This document shows positions 12,200 through 24,096 of a stretch of 64,000 bases of DNA, piece by piece; the stretch's first letter is position 1; each line of letters begins with the position of its first letter. This DNA is from Octopus bimaculoides (taxonomy: Eukaryota). Under the pieces are notes generated by a model. The model had not been told where the DNA came from, ran no database searches, and was given only the letters and a program-made list of their open reading frames with translations. Both the position numbers and the translations under genes were made by a program. The stretch is from positions 29,646,902-29,710,901 of the forward strand of contig NC_068991.1 of assembly GCF_001194135.2 (NCBI RefSeq), in the 5' to 3' direction.

Positions 12200-13330
12200 A
12201 ATCGTTAATTAAAAAACGGAGAAATAAGACAAGAAAAAAAACAACAACGCGAGAACGTAGCACATGCAGACTATTAATAAGACGCTCAAGGAAGGAAAGA
12301 GCAGTTGTTTTACCTTTCGAGCATAGCTCTTTTTCAGAAACGGGAGACATAGGAAGGTTGAAAAGAAAAGGAAGAAGGAAAAAAATATCGCCAACAGTCC
12401 ACGTGTAGGCATATTTTTTGAAATGACCAGAAATAGTTTGACAAAAAGAAAAAGTGCTTCCTGGGACAGGAAATGGTGAAGAATGGTTGGTATCTGTGTG
12501 TATGCGCGCGTATGTGTGTGCAGGTGTGTGTGTGATAGCATGTGTATGTATGATAGCCTGTATGTGTATGGCAACGTGTGAGTGTGGCAGTAACTGAATG
12601 TGTTTCTGTGTGCGTGGTAGGGTGTGTGCATGTGGTGGTATGTGAATGTGTGCGTTTTAGCGTGTGTGTTTGTGGTGGTAATTGTGCGTGTGTGTGCATG
12701 TGTGTGTGTGTTGTGTGTGGTATTAACTGTTTACATGTGCTTACGTTGTGTGAGTGGTTAGTGTGTGTGTTAATGTCGTAGGGTGAGGTCAGCAACTATA
12801 GTGAAAGGTGTGTATATGGGTGGTTGTGACAGTAGTGTGTGTGTATGTGTGTGTGTGTGTACGTGAGTTTTTGCACATGTGTGTAGATGGGATGGTCCGT
12901 AGTAAGTCAGGGGCAGGTTGAAGGGTGTCTCAGAGGTAGTTTGAAGCAGTATGAAGGGTATGTGGATGGGTGTATATGGATGTGTGTGTTGTGTGTGCGT
13001 GTGTGTCTATGTGCCTGCATGCGCGCGTGCGTGTGCGGGCGTACGTGAGAGGGAGAGTGGGATGAGGTTGGGTGTGGGAGTATTTTTTGAAGGTGTAGGC
13101 TGTGTGAATGGGTGACAGTGACTGTATGTATGTGTGTGTGCATGTTTGTACGTGTGTGAGACGGAAAGAGGAGTGGGGTAGCGTGTGGGTGCGTTGTCTG
13201 AAGGGTGTGTGAATGGGTGGGTATGACTGAGTGAGAGTCATTTTGTGTGTGTATGTGATTGTGTCGGGGACTATGTTTATGTGAGTGTCTATATTGGTGA
13301 GAGAAAAAGAGAGAGAGCGGTGCGCACATA
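12200..13330 (-). mobile_element. Older P1-related Penelope-like 3' region: long C/A-rich tract, decayed HHR, tail
   Basis: Same layout as 42440-43250: degenerate C/A-rich tract, then agagc-tat-gctcgaaa, then a tail similar to the P1 tail. Confidence 0.45.
12307..12341 (-). ncRNA. Decayed hammerhead motif (G8A; stem III ACGT changed to AGGT)
   Basis: Minus strand GTTT-CTGAAAA-A-GAGC-tat-GCTC-GAAA-GGT-A-AAAC; stems I and II intact, core mutated. Confidence 0.4.
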
Positions 13331-13687
13331 CTCACACTCACACAGATAAACACACACGCAACACACACATAAACATATGCACGCACACATACGAACACAC
13401 GCACGCACACACATGGATGTGTATATAAGGTACAGAAATAAGGGGAAGGAGTTAGATCATTATATCTGCCTGCATATTTCAACGCTACGTTACATTATTC
13501 CTCCAGGATCGAGTAAAGAAAGCAACGTTTATGTGGGTAGGTTTTGAATGTAATGGACCGTTAACTACCTATCACAGTCTATACATTAACGCTGACAAAA
13601 ACACATATGATATATATGATTATATGTTTATATATAATAGGAGAGTATTGTAGTTCGCTTGAAGCATTGTGCATTATCTGTAAAATA

Positions 13688-13994
13688 TGATGTGTCTTGA
13701 ATGGCACAACAATGCACTATAATAACAACAATGCACTATAATAACTGTTATAATTTAATCATCCATAGTCTGATATAATATTTCGGAATACAAAAATTCC
13801 TTCTTCAGATATCCCTAGGAACTGATCAAGTCACTGCTATAATCGGTTTTCAAATGGGTTTTTTTTCTTCGGAAGCGTCTCTGCAGTGGTCTCACGAAGC
13901 TCCTTCCGGAATTCCTTATAAGAAGTGCGTGAGGGCGGCCATGTCTGAAGCTCGTGTATGCTGGCACATCCGTAGCGCTACTTCTAAGTTGTGT
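13688..13994 (-). repeat. Inverted pseudo-LTR, left arm
   Basis: Reverse complement aligns by eye with 14868-15150 (e.g. gtctgatataatatttcggaatacaaaaattccttcttcagatatccctag and ctgcagtggtctcacgaagctccttccgga); contains a 19-bp tandem duplication caacaatgcactataataa. Confidence 0.9.
13772..13813 (-). ncRNA. Minimal type I hammerhead, canonical core
   Basis: GATAT-CTGAAGA-A-GGAAT-ttttgt-ATTCC-GAAA-TA-T-T-ATATC; 5-bp stems I and II, palindromic ATAT stem III, AUU triplet. Confidence 0.7.
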
Positions 13995-14039
13995 GTGGAG
14001 GTATATGTTCGTTCATGTGTGTGTGTGTGCGTGTGTGGA

Positions 14040-14730
14040 GGTATATGTACTATACTTGAAGAGGCTGACAGAATATTCGCGACGTTCAACATGGACAAGA
14101 ACATACAGTTCACTATAGAACATCCCGACAACACTGGGTCACTATCGCTACTTGACTTCCAACTGAAAGTAACGGAAGAAGCTGAGATCCACACTGAGTT
14201 CTACAGGAAAGGAGCCAGTAGTGATATGTTTGTTCAGTACAGTTCAGCACTTCCACTCGGTGCCAAAATAGGATACGCCAGCAACACATGCTTCCTTAAA
14301 ATACCCAATTTTAGCGAGATGATAACTACAGCCACCCGAAGAGCCATAAAAAGAGGAGGACAAGACATACAACTAGCCCACTCCGGTCCCTCTCTGAGAA
14401 GACAAGTCGTAAAGAAACGAGCAAGAGACAGCAATCGATGCACACTAGCAAACCAGCCCCATCCGTGATACAGATTTATGCCAACGGGTAAATGTTGTGT
14501 ATAGAATACAATGTAATAAATGCAACAAGTTCTATATGGGTAGCACAACAAGACTGTTACATGTCTGCATCAAAGAACATCTGAACACGAGAGCCTCCTC
14601 CTTCGGAAAACGTCTTGACAGATGGCGGAACACCGACAAATGCATAACAATCACAATTGAGGCCAATGAAAGAAATTTAGGTAATCTAAGAATTAAGCAA
14701 GCTATCCTCATACACAGACTAGGGCCCTAA
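14040..14730 (+). pseudogene. Penelope-like RT thumb plus GIY-YIG endonuclease, disrupted
   Basis: FNMDKNIQFTIEHPDNTGSLSLLDFQLK..TEFYRKGASSDMFVQYSSALP (PLE RT C-terminal pattern) and YRIQCNKCNKFYMGSTTRLLHVCIKEHL..LRIKQAILI (GIY-YIG pattern), split across frames. Confidence 0.85.
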
Positions 14731-14867
14731 ATTAACAACAGGCTGGAGGATGGCAGTCAGTATATTATTTAGCTACATCTGGATGCGTGTAAGTTCATTT
14801 TTGATAACATGCACATGTATTATTTATAAAAAAAAAAAAAAGGAAAAAAGGGAACCTGCACGTATAC

Positions 14868-15150
14868 GACATAACTTAGAAGCAGCGTTACGGATGTGCC
14901 AGCACACACGAGCTGGCCGCCATCAAGCACTTCTCATGAGGAAATCCGGAAGGGGCTTCGTAAGACCACTGCAGAGACGATACTGGAAAAAACCCCAAAA
15001 ACGTTGGAAAACGATTATAGCCGTGACTCAATCAGTTACTAGGGATATCTGAAGAAGGAAGTTTTTGTATTCCGACATATTATATCAGACTATGGATGAT
15101 TAAATTACAACAGTTATTATAGTACATTGTTGAGCTGTTCAAGACACATT
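14868..15150 (+). repeat. Pseudo-LTR, right arm
   Basis: Partner of 13688-13994; follows the GIY-YIG remnant and ends in (TA)n. Confidence 0.9.
15044..15086 (+). ncRNA. Same hammerhead, predicted inactive (GAAA changed to GACA)
   Basis: gatat-ctgaaga-a-ggaagtttttgtattcc-gaca-tattatatc. Confidence 0.6.
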
Positions 15151-15174
15151 ATATATATATATATATATATATAG

Positions 15175-15292
15175 AAGGTCCCGTGTTCAGTCCCACTGCA
15201 TGGCACCTTATGGAGGTGTATTCTGTTGTAACCTCGAGCCAACCAAAGGCTTGAGGGTAGATTTCGTAGACGGAAACTGAAAGTTCCGGCAA
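15175..15292 (+). mobile_element. SINE family A head fragment, diverged
   Basis: gttcagtcccactgcatggcacctt...ccaaaggcttgag..gattt.gtagacggaaactgaaag. Confidence 0.7.
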
Positions 15293-15551
15293 TAAATCTA
15301 CAGATAACAACATGTAATCCAAACTGTGCCGGTGCTTTGCTCGTCATCTATTTATACATTTTGTATAATTTTTCCATTATATATATATATGTATATGTAT
15401 ATGTGTATANNNNNNNNNNNNNNNNNNNNNNNNNNNNNNNNNNNNNNNNNNNNNNNNNNNNNNNNNNNNNNNNNNNNNNNNNNNNNNNNNNNNNNNNNNN
15501 NNNNNNNNNNNNNNNNNNNNNNNNNNNNNNNNNNNNNNNNNNNNNNNNNNN

Positions 15552-15598
<47 letters not shown>

Positions 15599-17287
15599 TA
15601 TACATACATATATATATACAACCCAGCACACGGACACGCACTCAAACGTTTGTTCATATTCACACTTACAACGCACGCGTACTCGCAAGCACTACATGCG
15701 TATATGTATCTACACATACATAGACATACGCACACGTTAGCGCACGCGCGCGCATACATACACCTCTATTTATATGTAGGCATGACACGTAGATAGATAT
15801 ATCACAAGTCAAGTACTTGATTATTAAGGAAACCCTGACTCTTCATCGTCTTCCTATTTAACTGCGAATGTCTATTGTATGACTACTCACTTGAGATTCT
15901 AATTCCACTTAGCTATGTCTGCTAAACATGAGAACTCGCCCCACGGTGAATTATAAAAAATTGCTCACGCGCTTGTCTTGTCGATCGGAACGTTCTGATA
16001 TCAATCTCTGCATGCAGCTTCCTCTTACGACCGTGATTTCTTGTTAAAACGACAATCGACTCCTTTTCGTCGAAGATAACGCTGTCAGGAAGATGAAATA
16101 TGGAGCGAATTGGAACAAACGTCGGTGTAAATTCTTCCCAGGAACCTAATTTATTGCCAATCGTCGATAAAAAACTACTACGAAATACAAGGAGACATTA
16201 TCATTAAGATATTATTTATTTTGTTACATTTTGTTTTATGGCTTTTTCGGATTGTTTATCTTTTGTTCTTGTTGTTTTAATTTTGTTGTTTGTTTTACAT
16301 TTCTGTTATTATATTATTTTATGTTATTATCAATTTATATTTCAGACCCAATTTGTTACCAATATAACACAGTTGAAACACCGTCACCGCCTAACCAACA
16401 ACCACTGCCACCAAATAGAATTCTCTCTTATTCCACACTTATCAGTTGTAATAACAAAACCACTAACAACACTAATAATAATATTTCGTGCATAAATAAA
16501 CACTCTTTCCTTTACGTTCAAATGAACCTTTTCCATTTGGTTATCGTGATTGTTGCCCCTTTCCCACGCCGCTATTTCTGTTATCTTACATATTTTAAAA
16601 GTAGATCTGCACATAACGTTATTTCACAGTGAATTTCAATCATTCTTCCAACTACGTTTCGTTGGCAGCCATTTTAATTTCCCTGCTCCATCATTGTTAT
16701 ACGTCTAAATTATTTCTCTATTCCAACTATATTTATTTCCCTCTTCATTTACGAATACCTGCTTTCTTTCCCCTTTATTCTCTACCTTATTTCTTCTTAT
16801 AATTAAGTTATTTTCTTTATTTTTACTTTAAATCCTTTCTTTCATATCAGCTAATATATTCCATCTATATCTTTCTCACTTCATAAATTTATAAATTATC
16901 CTTTCTATCACTTTGTTTATCTCACTGTTGATCAATCTAACATTTATGCTCTTTATCTGCCTCTACTGTCTTAATACGGTCGCTTCTATTTCTATCTCTA
17001 ATACTCTTTGTATTTTTCATTCCACCACATAATGTTCCCATATTTTTCATTCCACTCTAATGTTCTCTTATATTTAAAAGTAAAGATACAGTTTAGAGTC
17101 GAAATGGTTAGAAAAAGTGACAGCCTTTCTCCAGAGAAAGTCTATCCGTCGTCTGCACATGAAATTGATAGTTAATACCTATTAATATTGCATTCCAATG
17201 AGAGTCAAGCTACACTTTTCAATCAAATTTGCATGCCAGTAAATTCTCTAAAACGTAGATAAATTACTTGATTTGAAAAAATAATTC

Positions 17288-17330
17288 TTTTTCTGATGAA
17301 GGTCTAACGAGATTAGAAACTGGTCATTTA
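17288..17330 (+). ncRNA. Possible decayed hammerhead remnant
   Basis: CTGATGA-a-ggtct-aacg-agatt-a-GAAA-C-tg-GTC; stem II depends on G-U pairs and stem I is essentially lost. Confidence 0.25.
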
Positions 17331-17993
17331 ATTGATCTTACACATTTCTGTCTACAGAAATATATAATCTGTGATGTAACCGTCTAAACACAGCAAATCT
17401 AAACTTTATGTTTATTAAAAAGTGTACATTATATTTCAAATCAACTGGAAACGATATGTAGTACACAATAAATTAAGTTATAAATCTCTGTCTCTTTCCC
17501 TCTTTCCCTGTCCCCTCTCTCTCCCTCTCTTTCTCTCCTTTTCTGTCTCTGTCTGTTTGTCTGTCTGTCTGTCTCTCTCTCTCTCTCGTTATCAATTTTT
17601 TCCTTCTTTGCCTTTTTAATAATACATATAATATCTAAATGTTTCTTCACTTCTACGTTTGGTGTTTTCTCTCATTGGTAAAACCATCTCTTCATTTATC
17701 ATCGAAAACCTTAGATTATAAACATTGGCCTTTGTTGTTATCAAACTCTCTAAATTCTTATTCTCTAGCTGTTATCCTTCATTGTTTCATACACACTCGA
17801 CATGATGTATGTTCTAACTATCTCGCTCCCACACTCACTTTCTAGCTCAAAGAATACGAAGACTGCACGCGACTGGACACACGGATACATAAATACGTAC
17901 ACATACAAACACAACTTATCAGTTTTGAAAATGTTGCACGTGTATATGTATGCGTGCGCGTGTATATGTATATTTACATATATTGATGCGTAC

Positions 17994-18061
<68 letters not shown>

Positions 18062-18126
18062 GTCTGTCTATCAACCTACCTATCTATCTGTATATCTGTG
18101 CGTGTACGTATACATATAAACATATA

Positions 18127-18157
<31 letters not shown>

Positions 18158-18170
18158 GCATATACATATG

Positions 18171-18272
<102 letters not shown>

Positions 18273-20339
18273 ATATATATATATATATACGTACACTTAT
18301 AGTTAAGCGTTTATGCTATACTTTCACACACACAGATCTCTTGATATACATGTCTACATATATTTATACATAGTATACATATTATATGTATTTCAAATTA
18401 TGTACTCAGATACATTCACACTGTCATACACAAATACTAACCCACCCATCCTCGTGCATATCCTTATAATCCTAATACCATCTTTCACCCTGTTTATTCT
18501 CCACTTGACCCAACATCATAAAACGTTGACATTTCATATTTTGAATAACCCCACCACTCCCCTCAGTCCTGTTTTTCCTTCTCTTTCTTCTTCTAGCCTG
18601 TCATCGTACCATCAGATCTCACTGTCTGTCAGTCTGCTCCTCCGAGACTCTCTTTTAGATAGGAGGAAAGGCTGTGCCCATATCCCATCACAGCAACTCC
18701 ATGACAGGTGGAAGAGGGAAGAAAGTGTTCACAAACCGAGGATCTCGTCCGAATATATGGCACAGAGTGGACTCCGTTAAAAGCCACTCAGGGTACCGAG
18801 TAATAGTGTTCCACTGGGCAATGGATTAAGTCTCACACCGAATTAGGCTAAGGCAGAATTTGAACTCACAACGTACAGAGCCGCAACAAATAATGCCAAG
18901 TATTCTCTCGAAGGTTCTAGATACACATATCTACCTTGATTCAATCCCAAACAAATCAGTTAGTAACCGAATCCACACAGTGATGGATCAGATACTTTGA
19001 AATATATAGTTTTCTTCCCTTTGTTCTGACGCCAAAACCCGGCTGAGTTTAACTTCATTTTTTACCTTCCTCTTCGACGATAGAAAAACATGAGTAACTG
19101 TCATTTAGCGGGGTCTATTTATTCAGCTATATCTTTACCACAATTAAAGTTTTTTTGTTTTCTTTTACAAATACCTAATTTGAACAATGGGCAAACTACC
19201 TTATAAATATTGAGGAATGTTCCTCTAAGTTCTAACTCGGTTGAGGTGAATTTCATTGTGGCTAATAAACGACAAATAAATTCATCTGCCCTTGTGGCAA
19301 ATAAAAATGATTCCCGTTAAGAAACACCACGTGATCACTTTTATCCTGTATTCATGAACGAAGTCCCTCGGCAATAGGGTACTGAGTGCACTTTAACCGT
19401 GTAAAATATCAGGATCGTCAAGCCTGGAACGTCTTTCCTCATAGATTAGGGCTGAGCTGGGTTGAACGAGCACAAGAGAGATTCGTAGGCGGTTGCTGTG
19501 TCTTAAGAATATGTAAACATTACGTAAAATGTTGCTATTGATGTACACAGAACGATGGGATGGACACGGCAGGAACGTCTTTGTTCACAAGTCTGACAGA
19601 TTAGGGCTAGTTTGGGGCTCAACAACAATACCATCATACCAATACTCCGAACACTATCACCATCATTTCTCACAGCGTCATCAAACCATCATCTCATCAG
19701 CATCAGCACAACTCTGTTGCCATCATCACCACCACCACCACTACCACCATCATCAACGTTTCACTACCGAAACTTCTATCTCCAACGCCAGTAATGGCAC
19801 CAATAATAACGCCACAACAATAATATCGCCAACGTCACCAACTCATTCACTCACGCCAACAGCACCACGAACACAAGAAGCACTGCAACCACCACCAATA
19901 TTAACATCATCACCACTACTACCAATCCCACCGCCGCCAACACCACTACCGTCAGCATCACTACCACCACCATAAATACCATTACCATTAGTATCAGTAC
20001 CACATCGCCGACACCATCGCTGCTACAACCACCATCACCACAACTCTAAGAATATCAGTATAACCACCAGTTTCATCACTCAGGCCAACACTACCATTAC
20101 CAATTTCAAGACTACCACCAGCTCCCCCCCACCCCACCACCGTTGCTATAAATTACGAAGACATTCTATTATTTTTGCTACTGTACCAAACATCATTTTT
20201 TTACCATCGTCTGCGCCATGTTGTCTGCAGTTTTATCTAATCCGAAGCCGTAGATAATCTCAGTTTTGACAGGGTTTAAACTATCTTGGGCCTCTGCTCA
20301 TACCCGACACCCGTGTTTTCATTATTCGCTAAGCCCTTG

Positions 20340-20380
<41 letters not shown>

Positions 20381-20931
20381 NNNNNNNNNNNNNNNNNNNN
20401 NNNNNNNNNNNNNNNNNNNNNNNNNNNNNNNNNNNNNNNNNNNNNNNNNNNNNNNNNNNNNNNNNNNNNNNNNNNNNNNNNNNNNNNNNNNNNNNNNNNN
20501 NNNNNNNNNNNNNNNNNNNNNNNNNNNNNNNNNNNNNNNNNNNNNNNNNNNNNNNNNACGCACGCACACACGCACACACGCACACACACACATACATACA
20601 CAAAGACACAAAGGCCGATATACAGATTTACGCTCGCGTAGGTGATGTGTTTGTGTGTGATAGTGTGTATGCGTGCGCGCAAGTATGTGTCTGTGTGTGC
20701 GCATGTGTGTGTATGTATGTGTCTGTGCGTTTGAGGGCGCGCGTGTGTTTATGTGTGCGTGTGTGTGCGTATGATTGCATGTGATAGAGTGTATGTTGGC
20801 GTGCGCGTGTGTGTGTGTAGGGAGGAGGCATGTGCTTGTGCAGGATAGTATTTGTGAGTGCTTGTGTGTGTGTTCGCTTGAAGCGGATTCTCTCCATCGC
20901 TAATTTGAGTTTTTTGCTTTTGTACATTCAG

Positions 20932-20999
20932 CAAGGAATCAAGGAGTGTTGGTCATCTGGAAAGCCGTACCAAAGCTTTACACTCAGAGTATCACCGAG
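20932..20999 (+). CDS. Candidate 68-bp internal exon of an unidentified host gene
   Basis: Branch-like GCTAAT near 20899, T-rich tract, CAG acceptor at 20929-20931, donor GAG|GTAAAT at 21000; open in all three frames (e.g. RNQGVLVIWKAVPKLYTQSITE). Product not recognised. Confidence 0.45.
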
Positions 21000-21385
21000 G
21001 TAAATCATTAGATTTAAAAGAATAACATCGATATTATACATTAGCCGGAGAGCTGTCCTCATGTTGAATGTCGCGTTCATTACGTATATGTGTCTGTGAA
21101 AACAAAAATCGAGATGAGGTTACTGTTCCAACTATTACAAAATACATTAATTTCTCAACTTAGAAATATAGATTTGTGAATAGAGTCTGCTCAGGCCATG
21201 GATTCAGCACTGTTTCTTCTGTTTTGTTCATCTAAACGAAGTGTTCTGTGTGTGTGTGTTGAGAAGGGAAAGGTTTAATTTGTGGTTCATATATGTACCC
21301 AGTTATCTATCTCTTTCTATTTCTCTCACTTTCTCACTCTCTTACTTTCAATATCTGCACACATATACGCGAGAGCGCGCACACG

Positions 21386-21462
<77 letters not shown>

Positions 21463-21464
<2 letters not shown>

Positions 21465-21736
21465 CACATGGTTCCGTGTTCAGTCTTACTGGGTGGCACC
21501 TCGGGTAAGTGTCTTCTACTATAGTCTCCGGCTGACCAAAGGCTTGTGAGTGGATTTGGTAGACGGAAACTGAAAGAAGCCCGTCGGTTGTGTGGTAAGT
21601 AGCTTACTTACCAACCACATGGTTTCGGGTTCATTCCCACTGCTTGGCACCTTGGGCAAGTGTCTTCTACTATAGCCTCGGGCCGACCAAAGCCTTGTGA
21701 GTGGATTTGGTAGACAGAAACTGAAAGAAGCCCGTC

Positions 21737-21738
<2 letters not shown>
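21463..21738 (+). mobile_element. Two tandem SINE family A heads
   Basis: cacatggttccgtgttcagtc...gaaagaagcccgtcg followed at once by tgtggtaagtagcttacttaccaaccacatgg...gaaagaagcccgtcg-(TA)n. Confidence 0.85.
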
Positions 21739-21779
<41 letters not shown>

Positions 21780-21782
21780 AAA

Positions 21783-22278
21783 AGTGTTTATAATTATGAA
21801 CAGGTTATAATTATAACTAAGAGGGTTTCTAGAACCCTTACATGTTTAGAAATAGCAGTCAAAAATCAGTATAAAACCACAATTATCACTCATATTATAT
21901 CTCCTCACAGATGACGTTTGAATTGAGAATTTGAATGTGTAGATAGAGTATGACACATTATTCTTGCCGGTCGTGACACATGTAAGCCCCAAGGTAAGGT
22001 CTTGTATCAATTTCTATCTATAGGAATATTCTCCTGAAGAGACGAATGGAACCCTTAATAGGTTCCTAATGACGAAATTGTAATAGAGAATTAACCTTTT
22101 ATTTTAAAGTTTTGTATTTTATATGTCATGTTGCCCGCAGGCATCATTTATTGTGAGGAGATGTAATATGAGTGATAATAGTGGCTTTATGATGGTTTTT
22201 GACTGCTATTTCTAAATATGTAAGCGTTTTTGAAACCCTCTCAGTTGTAATTGTGATTTGTTCATAATTATAAACACT
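21783..22278 (+). mobile_element. Fold-back element: about 127-bp inverted repeats enclosing a hammerhead
   Basis: 21783-21909 (agtgtttataattatgaaca...tttagaaatagcagtcaaaaa...ttatcactcatatta.atctcctcaca) is the reverse complement of 22152-22278; HHR at 22028-22091 in the spacer; no ORF. Confidence 0.75.
22028..22091 (+). ncRNA. Type I hammerhead, canonical core
   Basis: Stem I ATTCTC/GAGAAT (6 bp); CTGAAGA; stem II closed by G-C with inner GGAACC/GGTTCC; GAAA; stem III ATT-gt-AAT; AUA triplet. Confidence 0.7.
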
Positions 22279-22464
22279 CTTCTTCTATGTATTTTATGAT
22301 AACTTGTTAGGCCATTGATATATTCATAAATAATTATTGCTTCTGGTATATGCTCCGTAATATATTATTACATTACTCTTTAATTATATATATATATATA
22401 TATATATGTGTCTGTGTGTATGTGTATGTGTATGTGTGTGTGTGTGTGTGTGTGCGTTTGTATG

Positions 22465-22668
22465 TATTTGTGTCTGTTTGTCCATCCACCATTGACAAAT
22501 GATGCTGGTGTGTTTACGTCACCGTAACTTAGCGGTTCGGCAAAAGAGATCCGATGGAATAAGCACTAGCCTTACAAAGAATATGTACTGGGGTCGATTT
22601 GTTCCACTAAAGGTGGTGTTCCAGCATGGCCGCAGGTTAATGACAGAAACAAGTAAAAGAATAAAAAA
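22465..22668 (+). mobile_element. SINE family A, 3' half
   Basis: ttgacaaatgatgctggtgtgtttacgtcaccgtaacttagcggttcggcaaaagag...ggggtcgatttgttccactaaaggtggtgttccagcatggccgcag. Confidence 0.8.
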
Positions 22669-22688
22669 AATATATATATATATATACA

Positions 22689-22724
<36 letters not shown>

Positions 22725-23034
22725 TANNNNNNNNNNNNNNNNNNNNNNNNNNNNNNNNNNNNNNNNNNNNNNNNNNNNNNNNNNNNNNNNNNNNNNNNNN
22801 NNNNNNNNNNNNNNNNNNNNNNNNNNNNNNNNNNNNNNNNNNNNNNNNNNNNNNNNNNNNNNNNNNNNNNNNNNNNNNNNNNNNNNNNNNNNNNNNNNNN
22901 NNNNNNNNNNNNNNNNNNNNNNNNNNNNNNNNNNNNNNNNNNNNNNNNNNNNNNNNNNNNNNNNNNNNNNNNNNNNNNNNNNNNNNNNNNNNNNNNNNNN
23001 NNNNNNNNNNTATATATATATATATATCATAATG

Positions 23035-23096
23035 GTCCTCAGGAGGACATTTGTCCTCAGGAGGACATTTGTCCTCAGGAGGACATTTGTCCTCAG
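23035..23096 (+). repeat. 18-bp palindromic tandem repeat (gtcctcaggaggacattt), about 3.4 copies
   Basis: Directly visible; gaggac-attt-gtcctc is a hairpin; the unit is the 5' end of the adjacent LINE fragment (RTFVLSR). Confidence 0.9.
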
Positions 23097-23660
23097 CCGT
23101 TTAAATTACAGCTTCCGACTATGATCACCACGCAGTGTAAAATTAACAACGGAACTCGAACCAATCCAGGGAAGCTACACAAAGAACATCGTCTCAATGC
23201 GACATGTCAGCTACTGGGAGAAACTGAAAAAGTTAAGACTCTACTCCCTCGAACGAAGACAGGAAAGACATGCAGTAATATACATCTGGAAAATCCTAGA
23301 AGAACTTGTACCAAACTTTGGCCTTGTCGTTTACACAAACAGTAGAACGGGGCGCTACTGCATAGTACTAAAAATTCCAACATTGCCACCAGGATACGGG
23401 ACCAGGTACTGCAACAGCTTGTTCTTCAAGGGGCCCACAGCTCCTCTCACAAAGCCTGAGAGATCTACATATTGTGGATGTTGGTGTCTTCAAAACAAAA
23501 CTGGACGTCTTCCTGTCAAGAGTTCCGGATGAACCTAATTCGCGGCAAGAAACACAGATGAAGGCAGCAACATCAAGCTTCCTGATTCACCAAATGCCAC
23601 ACATCAGAAGATGTTTAGCGAAAGTGTAGCAAAACTAGCGGCGGTACCCCATCTGAATAT
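23080..23660 (+). mobile_element. CR1-group LINE 3' fragment
   Basis: RTFVLSRLNY..LWSP-like, LEPIQGSYTK, HVSYWEKLKKLRLYSLERRQERHAVIYIWKIL, FKTKLDVFLSRVPDEP (CR1/L2-group RT C-terminal pattern); A-rich end. Confidence 0.8.
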
Positions 23661-24007
23661 ATAAAAAAAACAAAAAAAAAACGTGTATATGTATATTAAT
23701 AACAATAAGGATTTTTGAAAGAATCGGGTACTTGAATGATATGCACCGGGTAGGGTTGAGTTAACCTGTGATCACCACCTTTAGTCGAATAAATATCTGT
23801 AAAATATTTAGGTTTTGCACATAGAGAAAAAACCACCCCTACGAGTATTTAGCGTGTTGATCACACGTTGTTTGGTATACTCTAGGATGTCCGACATGTC
23901 GTGAATCCTTTTGATGTATTATGAACAAATGAATAATTGCAGATGATGGATAAATGTCTGTAATGACATCGGCTGTTATTACTCATTTGTTTGTTTGTAT
24001 GTGTGAG

Positions 24008-24061
<54 letters not shown>

Positions 24062-24096
24062 TACTCGCACACACACACGCACACATATATTCTCTC

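Larger units (their letters stand above)
13688..15150 (+). mobile_element. 5'-truncated Penelope-like retroelement with inverted pseudo-LTRs
   Basis: RT C-terminus and GIY-YIG remnants flanked by a roughly 280-300 bp inverted repeat (13688-13994 vs 14868-15150), each arm containing an HHR motif. Inverted pLTRs and HHRs are established Penelope-like element features. Confidence 0.85.

Noticed and set aside
12325-12345. gctctttttcagaaac resembling a histone 3' stem-loop
   Set aside because: Does not form the 6-bp histone hairpin; it is the reverse complement of the decayed HHR.
19529-20140. His/Thr/Pro-rich ORFs
   Set aside because: Degenerate (ACC/ATC)n low-complexity tract; all frames give biased peptides.
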